Shown here one piece after another: positions 25,881-37,740 of a stretch of DNA of 64,000 bases. Source of the stretch: Octopus bimaculoides (Eukaryota); the NCBI RefSeq assembly GCF_001194135.2, contig NC_068987.1, forward strand, positions 96,496,982 to 96,560,981. Direction: 5' to 3'. The notes below the pieces were generated by a model, which had not been told where the DNA came from, did not search any database, and saw only the letters and a list, made by a program, of their open reading frames with translations. The position numbers and the translations under genes were made by a program. Position 1 is the stretch's first letter; the number at the start of each line of letters is the position of its first letter.

Positions 25881-26409
25881 TATTATTTTGAGTGTGAGTT
25901 TCCGATAACTATACATAAAAATATGATAATTATAATTATTAGTAAATAACAGAATTGAAATATCTCAGGGTTACAATAACCATATAAAGTTAAATTTAAT
26001 AATACTCGGATTATGTTATTAATACCTTACTATTATATTTTATTTTGTTTAAACATGAACTTACTAAAGAGAAAGAATGACTATGTGATAACAATAATAT
26101 TTATCAACTATATATTCTAGTCTTTAGAAGAGGTACATCATATCACTGCATGTTGTTAGAGGGTTGGCATTTCAAAGGATGTTCAGCTGCAAAACACTGC
26201 CTCGAAAAATCTTGTCCAACCCATGCCAGCATGGAAAAACAGATGCACAAAAACACTAAGACATGCTATTTACAAAAATATTCTCTAGACAATACAAAAC
26301 TCAACATTCATGGTGTTGTTATACTGGGGTTGATGAAACTGGCTAACTCCTCCCCACAGAATTGCTAGCTTTGTATCTAAATTAGAAACAACTATAATTA
26401 TTATTATTA

Positions 26410-26447
<38 letters not shown>

Positions 26448-27424
26448 TCTTATCCTTCTGGAGTTGATAAAATAAATACCAGTATGTCGCTGATATTTAC
26501 CAATATAAATCCAAGAATCTAATCAAGTACACTTCCTCAAAAATGTATGGTTCTGTGACAAAGTTAGATATCAATATTATTATTATTATTATTACTATTA
26601 CTACTTCTATTATTGATCATCATCATATTTGTATTATTGCAGATAGCATATACTGTGGAGAGAAATCCTGACTGGCAAAGATATCCCTTCCGACAAACAC
26701 CAAGAACAATGACAATGATGATGATGACAACAACAATGATGATGATGAGAACGATAACTGCAATGAGCGAGACTGATGACTCTCGTGTGGTGTTTGGTCC
26801 TTCACATGGGTGGTGGGAGTGGTTACACAAAACAGAAGAAAGAAGAAATACAAATGTTAAAAAAGGGAGAGTAAAAAAATGAAAAAAAAACCCGTCTGAA
26901 ACATGTCCACTTTAATGTATAATTAATTCATCAACTAATTAACTCGCCAATTAATTGTGCATCAGCTTAATGTCTGTACCTCTGATAAACTCAGACAATG
27001 TTTTGTGGAATAAAATATTCAATACTCTGCCATCTTTGGAGTCCCTGTTTCTTTATTTAATTTGTATTTATTTCTATATTTCAAATGAGTATGTATTTAA
27101 GTGTGTGTGAAAGGTGGGTGGATGTACAATTGTGGGTAGATGTGAATATTCAAGAATGTGATTCTCATTAAAATGTTATTTTTCCATGCATCTCTTAGAA
27201 AACAACACATAAGTATGCCAGAGAAACTGAAGCGACTAGCATCCCAGTTGGCACCAAGTTCCAAATCATGGCATTTGGCTAATACATAGACATACAGAGA
27301 AGTGGATGGACATACACACACAGGTATGGCTGTGTGGTTAAGGTGTTAGCTTCTCAGCCACATGGCTTGGGGTTCAACATTTATTATGGTCCTAAAAACC
27401 AAATAAAATCGTTTAATACTGGTT

Positions 27425-27560
27425 ATCTGTGGGGGAAAATCATGTATGACAGTGACTTCCTTCTCATAGCTAAATCAGCTGAAAATTTTGAAAAGAAATT
27501 CAAAACTAGGAAGCAAAACCTAGAATTAAGAAGCCTCAAAATTTTACTTAGAAGGAAAGA
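27425..27560 (+). mobile_element. RTE-like RT fragment
   Basis: IMYDSDFLLIAKSAENFEKKFKTRKQNLELRSLKI resembles the LLYADDL.LIAES..ELEKKF..WK..LE..GL motif. Confidence 0.45.
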
Positions 27561-30500
27561 AGACAAAACACTACAACTATTATTATTGAAACATGGTCCA
27601 TGCTTCCTGAAATTCACCTAACGCCTCCCCCTTTCCATTTCTTATTCCTCCTTTTTTTTTTTGTTTTAAAGACTTATTCATTGTTCCCTTCCTGTGCATA
27701 TTCTATGTACTGTTCGTGCAGTTTTGGCTACTTTTTCTGATGAGTTGTAGTGCACCTGAGCACCGTATACAATAAGTTCATTGTATATTATATCACATGC
27801 AGAAAAGGATGGCGTACTGCATCAAAAATATAGTGGGATCTCAGGTAGGGGGAAAGTAAATTTCTTATGAGACTGGCAGATGCATAAGTTTAGTTATGAG
27901 TTCAGTAGTGAGATTTCATGAGATAAATTCCAAACAGATGCTAAACTCACAGCTGGAATATCTTTATCCACAGGCCTACTGGATCAGTACAGATTTAAAC
28001 AACAAATATGGGTGAAATGTGATCTAAAAGTCTGTGTGACCTACTGGGACAGCAGATAGAGGCATCAATAATTCTAAAAACAGCATACATTTATAAGGAA
28101 ATTAAGATGTTTCTTGAAAAGAAAAAGAAAATCAAAGAAAGGAAAAATAAATAGACAATTATGAGTGAGTGAGTGAGTGTGTGTGTGAACGTGTGTGTGT
28201 GTGTGTGTGTGCATATACACACTCTTAGCTAGTTTTGTTTTTATAGGACTGTTCTAAAAGGTCCATTGAACATTATTTGAAAACTTTCATGTCAACTGCA
28301 ACTTTATTTGATATATTTGCCAGAATGTATTTACACTCATTGATGTAAAAATTAGGAAGGAAAGTAAAACAAACATTTGACCGAGACCAGTCATACGGAT
28401 AAACATAAAAGATTGAAAAATACACAGGCAAATGTAGAGGTGAGATGGCCGAGTGGATAAGATACTGGACTCTGCATGAAGATTAAGAATTTCAAATCTG
28501 TTGCAGTCAGTTTATTGTTTTTCTATACAGAATACATAGGTGCAGATGTGGTTAAGAAGTTTGCTTCCAAATCATATGGTTTTAGGTTCAGTCTCACTAC
28601 GTGGAACCTTGGGCAAGTGTCTTTTACTATAGCTCCAGGCCACTCAAAAGCTAGTGAACAGATTAGGTAGACATAAACTGAAAGAAGCCCATTGTGTGTG
28701 TGCGTGTAGCGGGGTGCATGCGTGAATGTTTTTGGCTTCTTGTCTTGATATTGTAAGATAATTGTAAATGATTGTCACTGTCATACAAGCAGCATCATTC
28801 ATTTCTAATATTTTACAAAAGCATGTCCAGCAAAGGAGAAATTATTACCTTACTTGGAAACAAGTGAAGGCTGTGACAGGAAGATCAGTCTCAATAAACT
28901 CTGAGCCATGCAAAAATAGTAAAATGGATGCTGAAACAATGATGATGATGATAAATACATGTTTTACATGACATCAGCCCACTTAGCTATCATGAGTAGG
29001 TTCCAAATCCTGTGGGAATGCTACTACTGATACACCATCTTATCTAGGGAGAGACTAACTCGTTTCTCAACTGTTTCATGTTGTAAAGAATTTATATTCT
29101 GGATTTATTTCAGATTTTTGCTGGCAGAATCTAAGCCATAGTCATAGAAGAATGTAAACACTAAAAACTCATGCTAAATAGATTACAGAAGTATCCTAAT
29201 ACTGATTTGTAGGACAAGGAAGAAAACTGACTATATTTCAAAATGAAAAATAATCAACTATTGATTGATAATAAAAATTTATTATCAATTATGCATTTAT
29301 TATTGATTCATAATAATAATAAATTACTAGAGAATTCTGATATTTAAGGACTATAGTTATTGGTGCGTTTGTACAGGGTGGGGGATTCCATCATTCCAGA
29401 TCTAGATTTATCTTTATCATACACCAGCCTTGGGCAGTGCATCGTATTCTGATTTCAAATCTGTCATGGTTAAATTTATTTTCTTATTTGTCATGGTTAA
29501 CTTTGTTTATTTTGAGTGGAGTAAAAAGATACAGCCCATTTGCTAAGACCATCTACGCTTGAGTAATGTTAATGTTAGAAACTATCTATGAACAAATTTC
29601 AAACAATCCACTACTCGCAGACAAAGAATACAACTCCAAAAGACACAATGACACCAACTGAACACCTCATAACAGGCACTAGGAAGAGCAGCAAAAGAAT
29701 TATGCAATTAAAAGAAAGCTCGGAGAACACAAGAATTTTATTTATTCCCAACAATTGAATGACTGGTCAAAATATAAATGGATAAATGAAATAAAATTCC
29801 TTAGAGAAACAAGGTTAAAGATTATGGGAGGCATAAGGTTATAGCTAATGGGTAAAAGTAAATGAGACTGTGTGATACTTATGCCCTTTTCAATGCATTA
29901 TCAGCTCAGGTGTGTTGAATAGATTGTGCTAATATTAAAAATGATTTGTGAACTCAGCCTGTCAGCAACTTGATATCTTGTTCTACCATGAAAAACAAAA
30001 TAACTATAGACAATTACACACTCTAAAATAAAATACAACATAAATATGATCCTTGGTTCTATGTAATTGCCATCAAAGAGCCTTATTGCCCTCCAAACAA
30101 TTTAGTTACCCTCCTGTTGGCAGAGAGAATCCATCTAAATTATAATTTGTGATGGAATGCTATAAAAATTTTTTGAAGGTGCAGAAGGAGAAGCCAGAGC
30201 ACTTTAATTTGATAGAAATACAAGACTGATAATTACTTTAATAATCTTTGAGGAATAAATACAAATCCACAACAGTTTGAAAAGTGGAAAAGTTAAGAGT
30301 GAAGAGTGAGAAGGGAGGCAACTACCAAAATATGTTCTGTCTGACATNNNNNNNNNNNNNNNNNNNNNNNNNNNNNNNNNNNNNNNNNNNNNNNNNNNNN
30401 NNNNNNNNNNNNNNNNNNNNNNNNNNNNNNNNNNNNNNNNNNNNNNNNNNNNNNNNNNNNNNNNNNNNNNNNNNNNNNNNNNNNNNNNNNNNNNNNNNNN

Positions 30501-31221
30501 NNNNNNNNNNNNNNNNNNNNNNNNNNNNNNNNNNNNNNNNNNNNNNNNNNNNNNNNNNNNNNNNNNNNNNNNNNNNNNNNNNNNNNNNNNNNNNNNNNNN
30601 NNNNNNNNNNNNNNNNNNNNNNNNNNNNNNNNNNNNNNNNNNNNNNNNNNNNNNNNNNNNNNNNNNNNNNNNNNNNNNNNNNNNNNNNNNNNNNNNNNNN
30701 NNNNNNNNNNNNNNNNNNNNNNNNNNNNNNNNNNNNNNNNNNNNNNNNNNNNNNNNNNNNNNNNNNNNNNNNNNNNNNNNNNNNNNNNNNNNNNNNNNNN
30801 NNNNNNNNNNNNNNNNNNNNNNNNNNNNNNNNNNNNNNNNNNNNNNNNNNNNNNNNNNNNNNNNNNNNNNNNNNNNNNNNNNNNNNNNNNNNNNNNNNNN
30901 NNNNNNNNNNNNNNNNNNNNNNNNNNNNNNNNNNNNNNNNNNNNNNNNNNNNNNNNNNNNNNNNNNNNNNNNNNNNNNNNNNNNNNNNNNNNNNNNNNNN
31001 NNNNNNNNNNNNNNNNNNNNNNNNNNNNNNNNNNNNNNNNNNNNNNNNNNNNNNNNNNNNNNNNNNNNNNNNNNNNNNNNNNNNNNNNNNNNNNNNNNNN
31101 NNNNCAGCAAATATTTGCTTCACCATATAATGCTATCTGTTGGAGTCTCAGCTTTTTTAGCTGCTATTTCTGAACTTTGGTATATGGTGAAGCAAATATT
31201 TGCTGATCCCTTAATTATGTT

Positions 31222-31254
<33 letters not shown>

Positions 31255-31610
31255 TTCAAGGTTTTAAGGCAATAGCTTGTAAAATCAGTAATGTCAGACA
31301 GAACATATTTTGGTAGTTGCCTCCCTTCTCACTTTTCACATTTTAACTTTACCATTTTTCAAACTGTTGAATATTTGTATTTATTCCTCAAAGATTATTA
31401 AAATAATTATCAGTCTTGTATTTCCATCAAGACTTCTTGTGACAATCTCTGAAAATCTTTTCATTTTTTTCCCACAAATTCTAGCCAGAAAGCTCCTGTC
31501 AAGAGTGTGGGTCTTAGTATTACATGTTGAGAAGGTGTGTGTGCTGATGTGAATGTATTACTGAACAGATTTTTCCAGTTCATGTTTTGTCAGAAAACTA
31601 CTCTATGTGA

Positions 31611-31955
31611 AGTGAAGGCACATGGCTCAGTGGTTAGTGTGTTGGGCTCACAATCATGAGGTAGCGAGTTTGATTCCTGGACAGGGCCGTGTGTTGTGTT
31701 CTTGAGCAAGACACTTTATTTCACATTGCTCCAGCTCACTCGGTTGTAGAAATGAGTTGTCATGTCACTGGTGCCAAGCTGTATCGGCCTTTGCCTTTCC
31801 CTTGAATAACATCGGTGGCATGGAGAGGGGAGGCCGGTATGTATGAGCGACTGCTGGTCTTCCGTAAACAACCTCACTCAAACTTGTATCTTGGAGGGTA
31901 ACTTTCTAGGGGCAATCCCATGGTCATTCATGACTGAAGGGGGGTCTTTACCTTT
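31611..31955 (+). mobile_element. tRNA-derived SINE, family E
   Basis: A/B-box-like head ggcacatggctcagtggttag...gagtttgattcc followed by tgtgttgtgttcttgagcaagacactttatttcacattgctcc. Degenerate minus-strand copy at ~58590-58840. Confidence 0.7.
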
Positions 31956-32164
31956 TACACCATATGAAAATAAAGTTATGTACCTGAATAGAAGGTTACT
32001 GCCTTACCAGCAATCAATCCTCAACTCACCATTACTTAACTATCAGGCCACTGAGGGATCCACAAAATGGTTACTTGATGTACTAGAAATAGCAGTCAAA
32101 TCTCAAAACAGGTTGCGGTGAAAGGTGACATTAAACAATATATTTCATTTATTTTTCATTTATT

Positions 32165-32757
32165 TCATTTACTTGTTTCAGTCATTCGACTGCAGCCATG
32201 CTGGGGCACCGCCTTTAGTCGAGCAAATCGACCCCAGAACTTATTTTTTGTAAGCCTAGTACTTATTCTATTGGTCTCTTTTTGCCGAACCGCTAAGTTA
32301 CGGGGACGTAAACACACCAGCATCGGTTGTCAAGCGAAGCTGGGGGGGACAAACACAGACACACAAACATATACACATACATCATCATCATCATCATCGT
32401 TTAACGTCCACTTTCCATGCTAGCATACAAATATGTTCACAGCCAGACTTCTACACATGTACATTGTATGCACACACAAACAGACATACATACTACTCTA
32501 AATTAGAACAGACTTGGCCTGTGACACCTAGTCTAAGCCATGCTAGTATGGAAAATAATGGAGATGTATGTGTGGAATATATATATATATATACATATAT
32601 ACAACAGGCTTCTTTCAGTTTCCATCTACCAAATCCACTCACAAGGCTTTGGTCGGCCCGAGGCTATAGTAGAAGACACTTGCCCAAGGTGCCATGCAGT
32701 GGGACTGAACCCAGAACCATGTGGTTGGTAAGCAAGCTACTTACCACACAGCCAAAC
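32165..32757 (-). mobile_element. SINE family A copy interrupted at its central microsatellite
   Basis: 3' half at 32165-32370 and 5' half at 32605-32757, with a retroposon tail and a 159-bp local duplicate inserted between them. Confidence 0.75.
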
Positions 32758-33184
32758 ATGCAAAAAAAAAATGAGACAGTCACAGCTGAAATGTTCCCAT
32801 ACATAGATCACCTCAATCAGGGCTTAACAACAACCATAGGCCACTCACCAGGTTGTGTTATTTCTCTCATTTTTTGTTTCTTCTACTAACAAAATCTATT
32901 GCACTTCATTTCTATCTCTCTTTTTCTCTCTATCTCTTTATCACAAATATCATGATACGATACCACCTTCAACTAAAACCTTCCATTGTGTATCACTTGT
33001 CATATCTTCTACTAAACAAGTTTACCGATCCTTCTTTCACATTAAGTGTACAAAAAAAAAAGCCTAAGATGGACACAAAAATTATGGTAATAATGATGGC
33101 AGCAACATTAACGATGATTATAAGAAAGACCTAAACATAAACAGTCACATATACATATGTGTGCAGACATGCACTCTGAGAGCT

Positions 33185-33216
<32 letters not shown>

Positions 33217-34833
33217 ATGAACAGATTATACATACTCGTGCACACAGACATAAGTAGAGAGAATTATACATTCATGAAACGCATACAAATATGTTCACAG
33301 CCAGACTTCTACACATGTACACTGTATGCACACACAAACAGACATACACATTACTCTAAATTAGAACAGACTTGGCCTGTGACACCTAGTCTAAGCCATG
33401 CTAGTATGGAAAATAATGGAGATGTATGTGTGGAATATACATATGAATCTATAAAAGAAATGTTTCAATTTTGGACATTTTTAATATATCTGTATGAAAA
33501 TTAAATCTAAGAAGAATATAAAAAAGTGAATAGTTCACTGCTTGTCAAAATGTCTTTGATTCATTTTCACAATACATAACAGATCAATTAAAGCAACATT
33601 TTTAATTCAAACTTTACCACCTTCTCTGAAATAGCAACATTTACTTCTAAAATTCTGGCAGATGATAGATTAATCAAGAAACATGCACATTTTAGAATAT
33701 TAAATATTAATTATTTGAAACCGAAGTTGAATCAACACAGCAAAGAATAAGAAATTGGTAACATCTTTCACAGTAAAGCAATGAATTAAATGTGTTAGAG
33801 TATTTAGTATTTCCTCTGTGTTTTGAGTTCAAATCCCACTGCATATCAAGAAATAAGCACCAGTAATAGACTGGATTTTATGTTTTATACTTTCCCGTTT
33901 TTTTTTTTTAAATAAAAAAAAAGCGAATTATCTAGGACCGAAGCAGATACAAAACAAATATCGATGTAACTGTCAAAATAGGGAGCATTTGAGAAGATGA
34001 AGAAATCTCTTGATGAGTTAAAATTCAGTTTCAATTCCAGACAAAACCCAAACTCCTTGAACTCTGCATATTTTTTTTTATTTGATTTTTACATCCTAAG
34101 AAAATTACTATAACATAAAAATAAAAAGTTTGTGGGTGGGAGAAATTATTCTATTTTGTCAGTTCTGGGGCAAAATGCAACAGTATAATTAAAATCAATA
34201 AATTACTGGTATCTTTTTAACCAGAAACAAAAGTAGGTTTTGAAGGAGAGGAAATATACTTGATTATCTGTACCACATTATGCTACTAGTACTTGAATTA
34301 GGCAATCAGACAACTACAACTGAGACACATTTTACTGATAGTCTCCAGCTCCAGAGTTGAAAGGCAAAGATGACCACTACAGGATTTGAACTTAGTTCAT
34401 AGAAGGATGAAACTAAATAGTAGTTTCAAATTTTAGCACAAGGCCAGTAATTTAACGGAAGGTGGTTTAGTTGATCACATCAACCTCAGTGCTCAGCTGG
34501 GACTTATTTTATCAATCCCAGCTGCTAAACCTAGTGTGCTAATGATTCTGCCAACTCACCACCTTAGATGAATCTATTGTAAATCATTCAGTTAAGGACT
34601 GTACTATTTCTTTTAAATCTGTTAAGTCCTAACATTGACAGAAGTGAAACGTTATTATAAAACTTAAATTACATTTGCTTCAACCAACAAAATAAGTATT
34701 TGACATTGACAACAAGAAATAATGTTGACTTCCAATTGCAAGAATTCTGGAAAAAAAAAATGTCCTTTTTCTTTTGTACTCAGAGACATTAGTCATCAAG
34801 TTGCCAGCTATCAACAGTAAGTCCATGTCTTAC

Positions 34834-35001
34834 CTGGAGTTTTTTGTACATCTCGAGGTTTAATGTTTTTATGTCTTCCAATTGCTTCCGCATTGAAATA
34901 ATGTTATCCTGTTTCTCATGAATGTCTTTCTCCAGCAACCGCAATGCCATCTCCATTTCAGTTTTCATGCTGATCTGAAGCTCCAACTCTCGTTCAACAT
35001 C
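34834..35001 (-). CDS. RUFY: RUFY-family (RUN and FYVE domain) gene, last identifiable exon
   Basis: [56 protein letters not shown] (56 codons, phase 0-0). Acceptor ttgcAG, donor GTAAGA. Contains the RUFY hallmark [11 protein letters not shown]. Confidence 0.93.
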
Positions 35002-36397
35002 CTGCAATGAATTCCACAGTAATTGATATGAAATATGAGTTGTATGAATTAATGCAGTTTGGGGAATGTTTGGTGTAGAATGTCAAAAGGGTGGCATACA
35101 CAATCGTATAAAAGCCAACAAACACAATCACGTAATCATCAAGAGAGAGTAAATGCATAACAATAATAATAATGGTTTCAAATTTTGGAACAAGACCAGC
35201 AATTTTAGTGGCGGGGTGCTCAACTGGTCCCTATTCCATCAACCCTGAAAGGGTGCTTTTTTAGTGGCACCAGTTACTTGAGAGTTCTTGTTATTTGAGT
35301 ACCAAATGAGGGGGAGATTATTGTAATTACTATTATCACAGCTAATGTTATAGGAAACTGAATTTTCAAATCTGCACGTGTCACTTTCCTGATGAATAAA
35401 CTCTCTGCTCACCCAGCTGTAATTGAAATTTCAAACAGCAAAAACTAAATTTCTTCAGTTAGAAAATGAAGATGTTAATGATAGGTTCCCTGCATCTCTC
35501 TCCCTCGACTCAGTATGAGCGCAGCCCAATAAAAGAAGCTATTAAAAGAATTGTACATGTATACATTTACACTGATAACAAAGGAATATCTCTCAAATAC
35601 CACTTAACTTTCTAAAAAAGAAAAAAGAAAAATGGCAGGATACATTCAATAATGTGGTTCTGAATACCTTATACCTGAATAGAAATAAGATAATCAAGAT
35701 AAGAGCACATCTCATCCTAGGTCTGCTGGATGAAGGCTGACCTGATTATCTCCCTTTAGATCAGCTATTAAGCGTCTAATAATTATCTTTAATATGTGAA
35801 TGAGAAGAAACATTTCAGAAGGTTAATGTAGGGATGTTGTCTGCTATTCAGTTCAGTGTCTTGCTATAATAAGATTAAATCCTACCAGTCCTAGTTTTTT
35901 TGTTTTTTTTTTGTATAATCACACAGGTTCTTTTTTACCTCATTAAAAAATACAAATCGGCATTATCTAAAGAAAATGGGGTAACTTTATTTCTAAAGTT
36001 TAAGCAATTAATCACATTTTGTCATTAAAGATTTGTCTACAGTATTTTGTTTTTATATAAGAATGTTTTAGGATATTCATAAACTACCCTAAAACATTCT
36101 GTAATAACAAAAGAATGCTATAGATGAAACTTTAATGATAAAACATAAGGAAGAGCAAAAAACCCTGATGTTGACAAGGTACAATACAAAATATTATGAC
36201 AACATAAACATTATCAAATCATGTGTGTGTGTGTGTGTGTATCATCATTTTGACATCCACGTTTCCACACTTGTATGGGTCAGATGGAATTCATTGAGGA
36301 AAGACAGCCATAGAAAATTTGATCACTATAGACAAATCATTTGTGCAGGTGGCTCAGTAAAAGCTCAACACTCATACATTGTCTTCGACGGGAGACT

Positions 36398-36439
<42 letters not shown>

Positions 36440-36441
<2 letters not shown>

Positions 36442-36817
36442 TCATAAAATACAGGGATTAGCATGAGTTGCTTCTCCAACATACTGAGAATTTAGAAATA
36501 GCAGTCAAAGAACTACTGATTCTAAACTACAAATTTTCTCTAACGGATGGCGGACACTTTCAAATTTATCAGAATATTGGGCTGAAGAGCGGAATAGAGT
36601 AAATTCATACTCTTAACCATGAAACGTTGTATCCAATTAACTAAAGGCGGGTTTGTTTTTGCTTTTCCCTTTTGTTTTTGTTCTGTGTGTGCCATAAAAT
36701 ATCGCCGTCCGTTAGAGAAAAAATTTGTAGTTTAGAATCAGTAGTTTTTTGACTGCTATTTCTAAATTCTCAGTATGTTGGAGAAGCAACTCATGCTAAT
36801 CCCTGTATTTTATGATT
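36440..36817. mobile_element. MITE-like element with ~111-bp terminal inverted repeats
   Basis: Arms 36442-36552 and 36703-36815 differ by two substitutions and a 2-nt indel. Adjoins (TA)n; TA|CACTCATAAAA terminus is Tc1/mariner-like. Confidence 0.7.
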
Positions 36818-37124
36818 ATAAATGGTTTTACCGATAAAGGTTTTTTCATACTGAACTACTTGGCTAAATTGTTAATTATTAATTTTATTACTAATTGACG
36901 ATTCCCTGCCCTATATCTGTATATATATATATATATATATATATAAGTTTTGGTACAAAGTCTAAAAATTTATTTTCATTCCAACTCTTTAAATTCTGAT
37001 TTTAAATCCTGGTGTGGTCAACTTTAACTTATATCTTACCAAGTTCATTAAAATAGAGTATTGGGGTTAACATAATTGACTATCACCTCCCTACCCCAAA
37101 TAAATTATTATTATTATTATTAAT

Positions 37125-37740
37125 ATCATTAGCATGCCAGGCAAAATGCTTAGTGGTATTTTGCCCATCTTCATGTTCTGAGTTCAAAATCTGCCAAGGT
37201 CGACTTTGACTTTCATCCTTTCGGGGTCAATAAATTAAGTACTAGTGAAACACTGGATTTTGATGTAATCGACTAGCCCCTCCCCCACAATTTCAGGCCT
37301 TGTGCCTATAGTAGAAACCATTATTATTATTATTAAGGCAGTGAGCTGGCAGAATTGTTAGCATGTCAGGCAAAATACTTAGTGGTATTTCACCCGTCCT
37401 TACATTCTGAGTTCAAATTCTGCCGAGGTCAATTTTGCCTTTCATCGTTTCAGGGTTGATAAATTGTACCAGTGAAACACTGGGGGTCAATGTAATTGAC
37501 TAGTCCCCTCCCCCCAAATTTCAGGCCTTGTGCTTAAAGTAGAAAGGATTATTATTATTATTTTTTTTTTATTATCATCATATTCAAATGCCGCCAAGGT
37601 CAACTTTGCCTTTCATCTTTTGGGAGGGGGGTTGATAAAATAAGTACCACTTAAACAGTAGGGTTGATCTAATTGGCTTACCCATTTACCCAAAATTGCT
37701 GGCCTTGTGCCAAAATTTGAAACCATTATTATTGTTATTG
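37125..37740 (+). mobile_element. head-to-tail array of three SINE family C copies
   Basis: Each copy starts in the (ATT)n tail of the previous element, with tails at ~37105-37120, 37320-37335, 37550-37575 and 37725-37750. Confidence 0.8.

Noticed and set aside
30284-31267. Long ORFs (327, 277, 262 aa) and similar X-rich ORFs at 2149-2700, 17395-17916 and 21409-21793
   Set aside because: Made almost entirely of N gap translated as X.
32848-32896. Minus-strand donor GTGAGT with a short open frame, considered as a next RUFY exon
   Set aside because: Poor acceptor and no similarity to the expected RUFY coiled-coil sequence.
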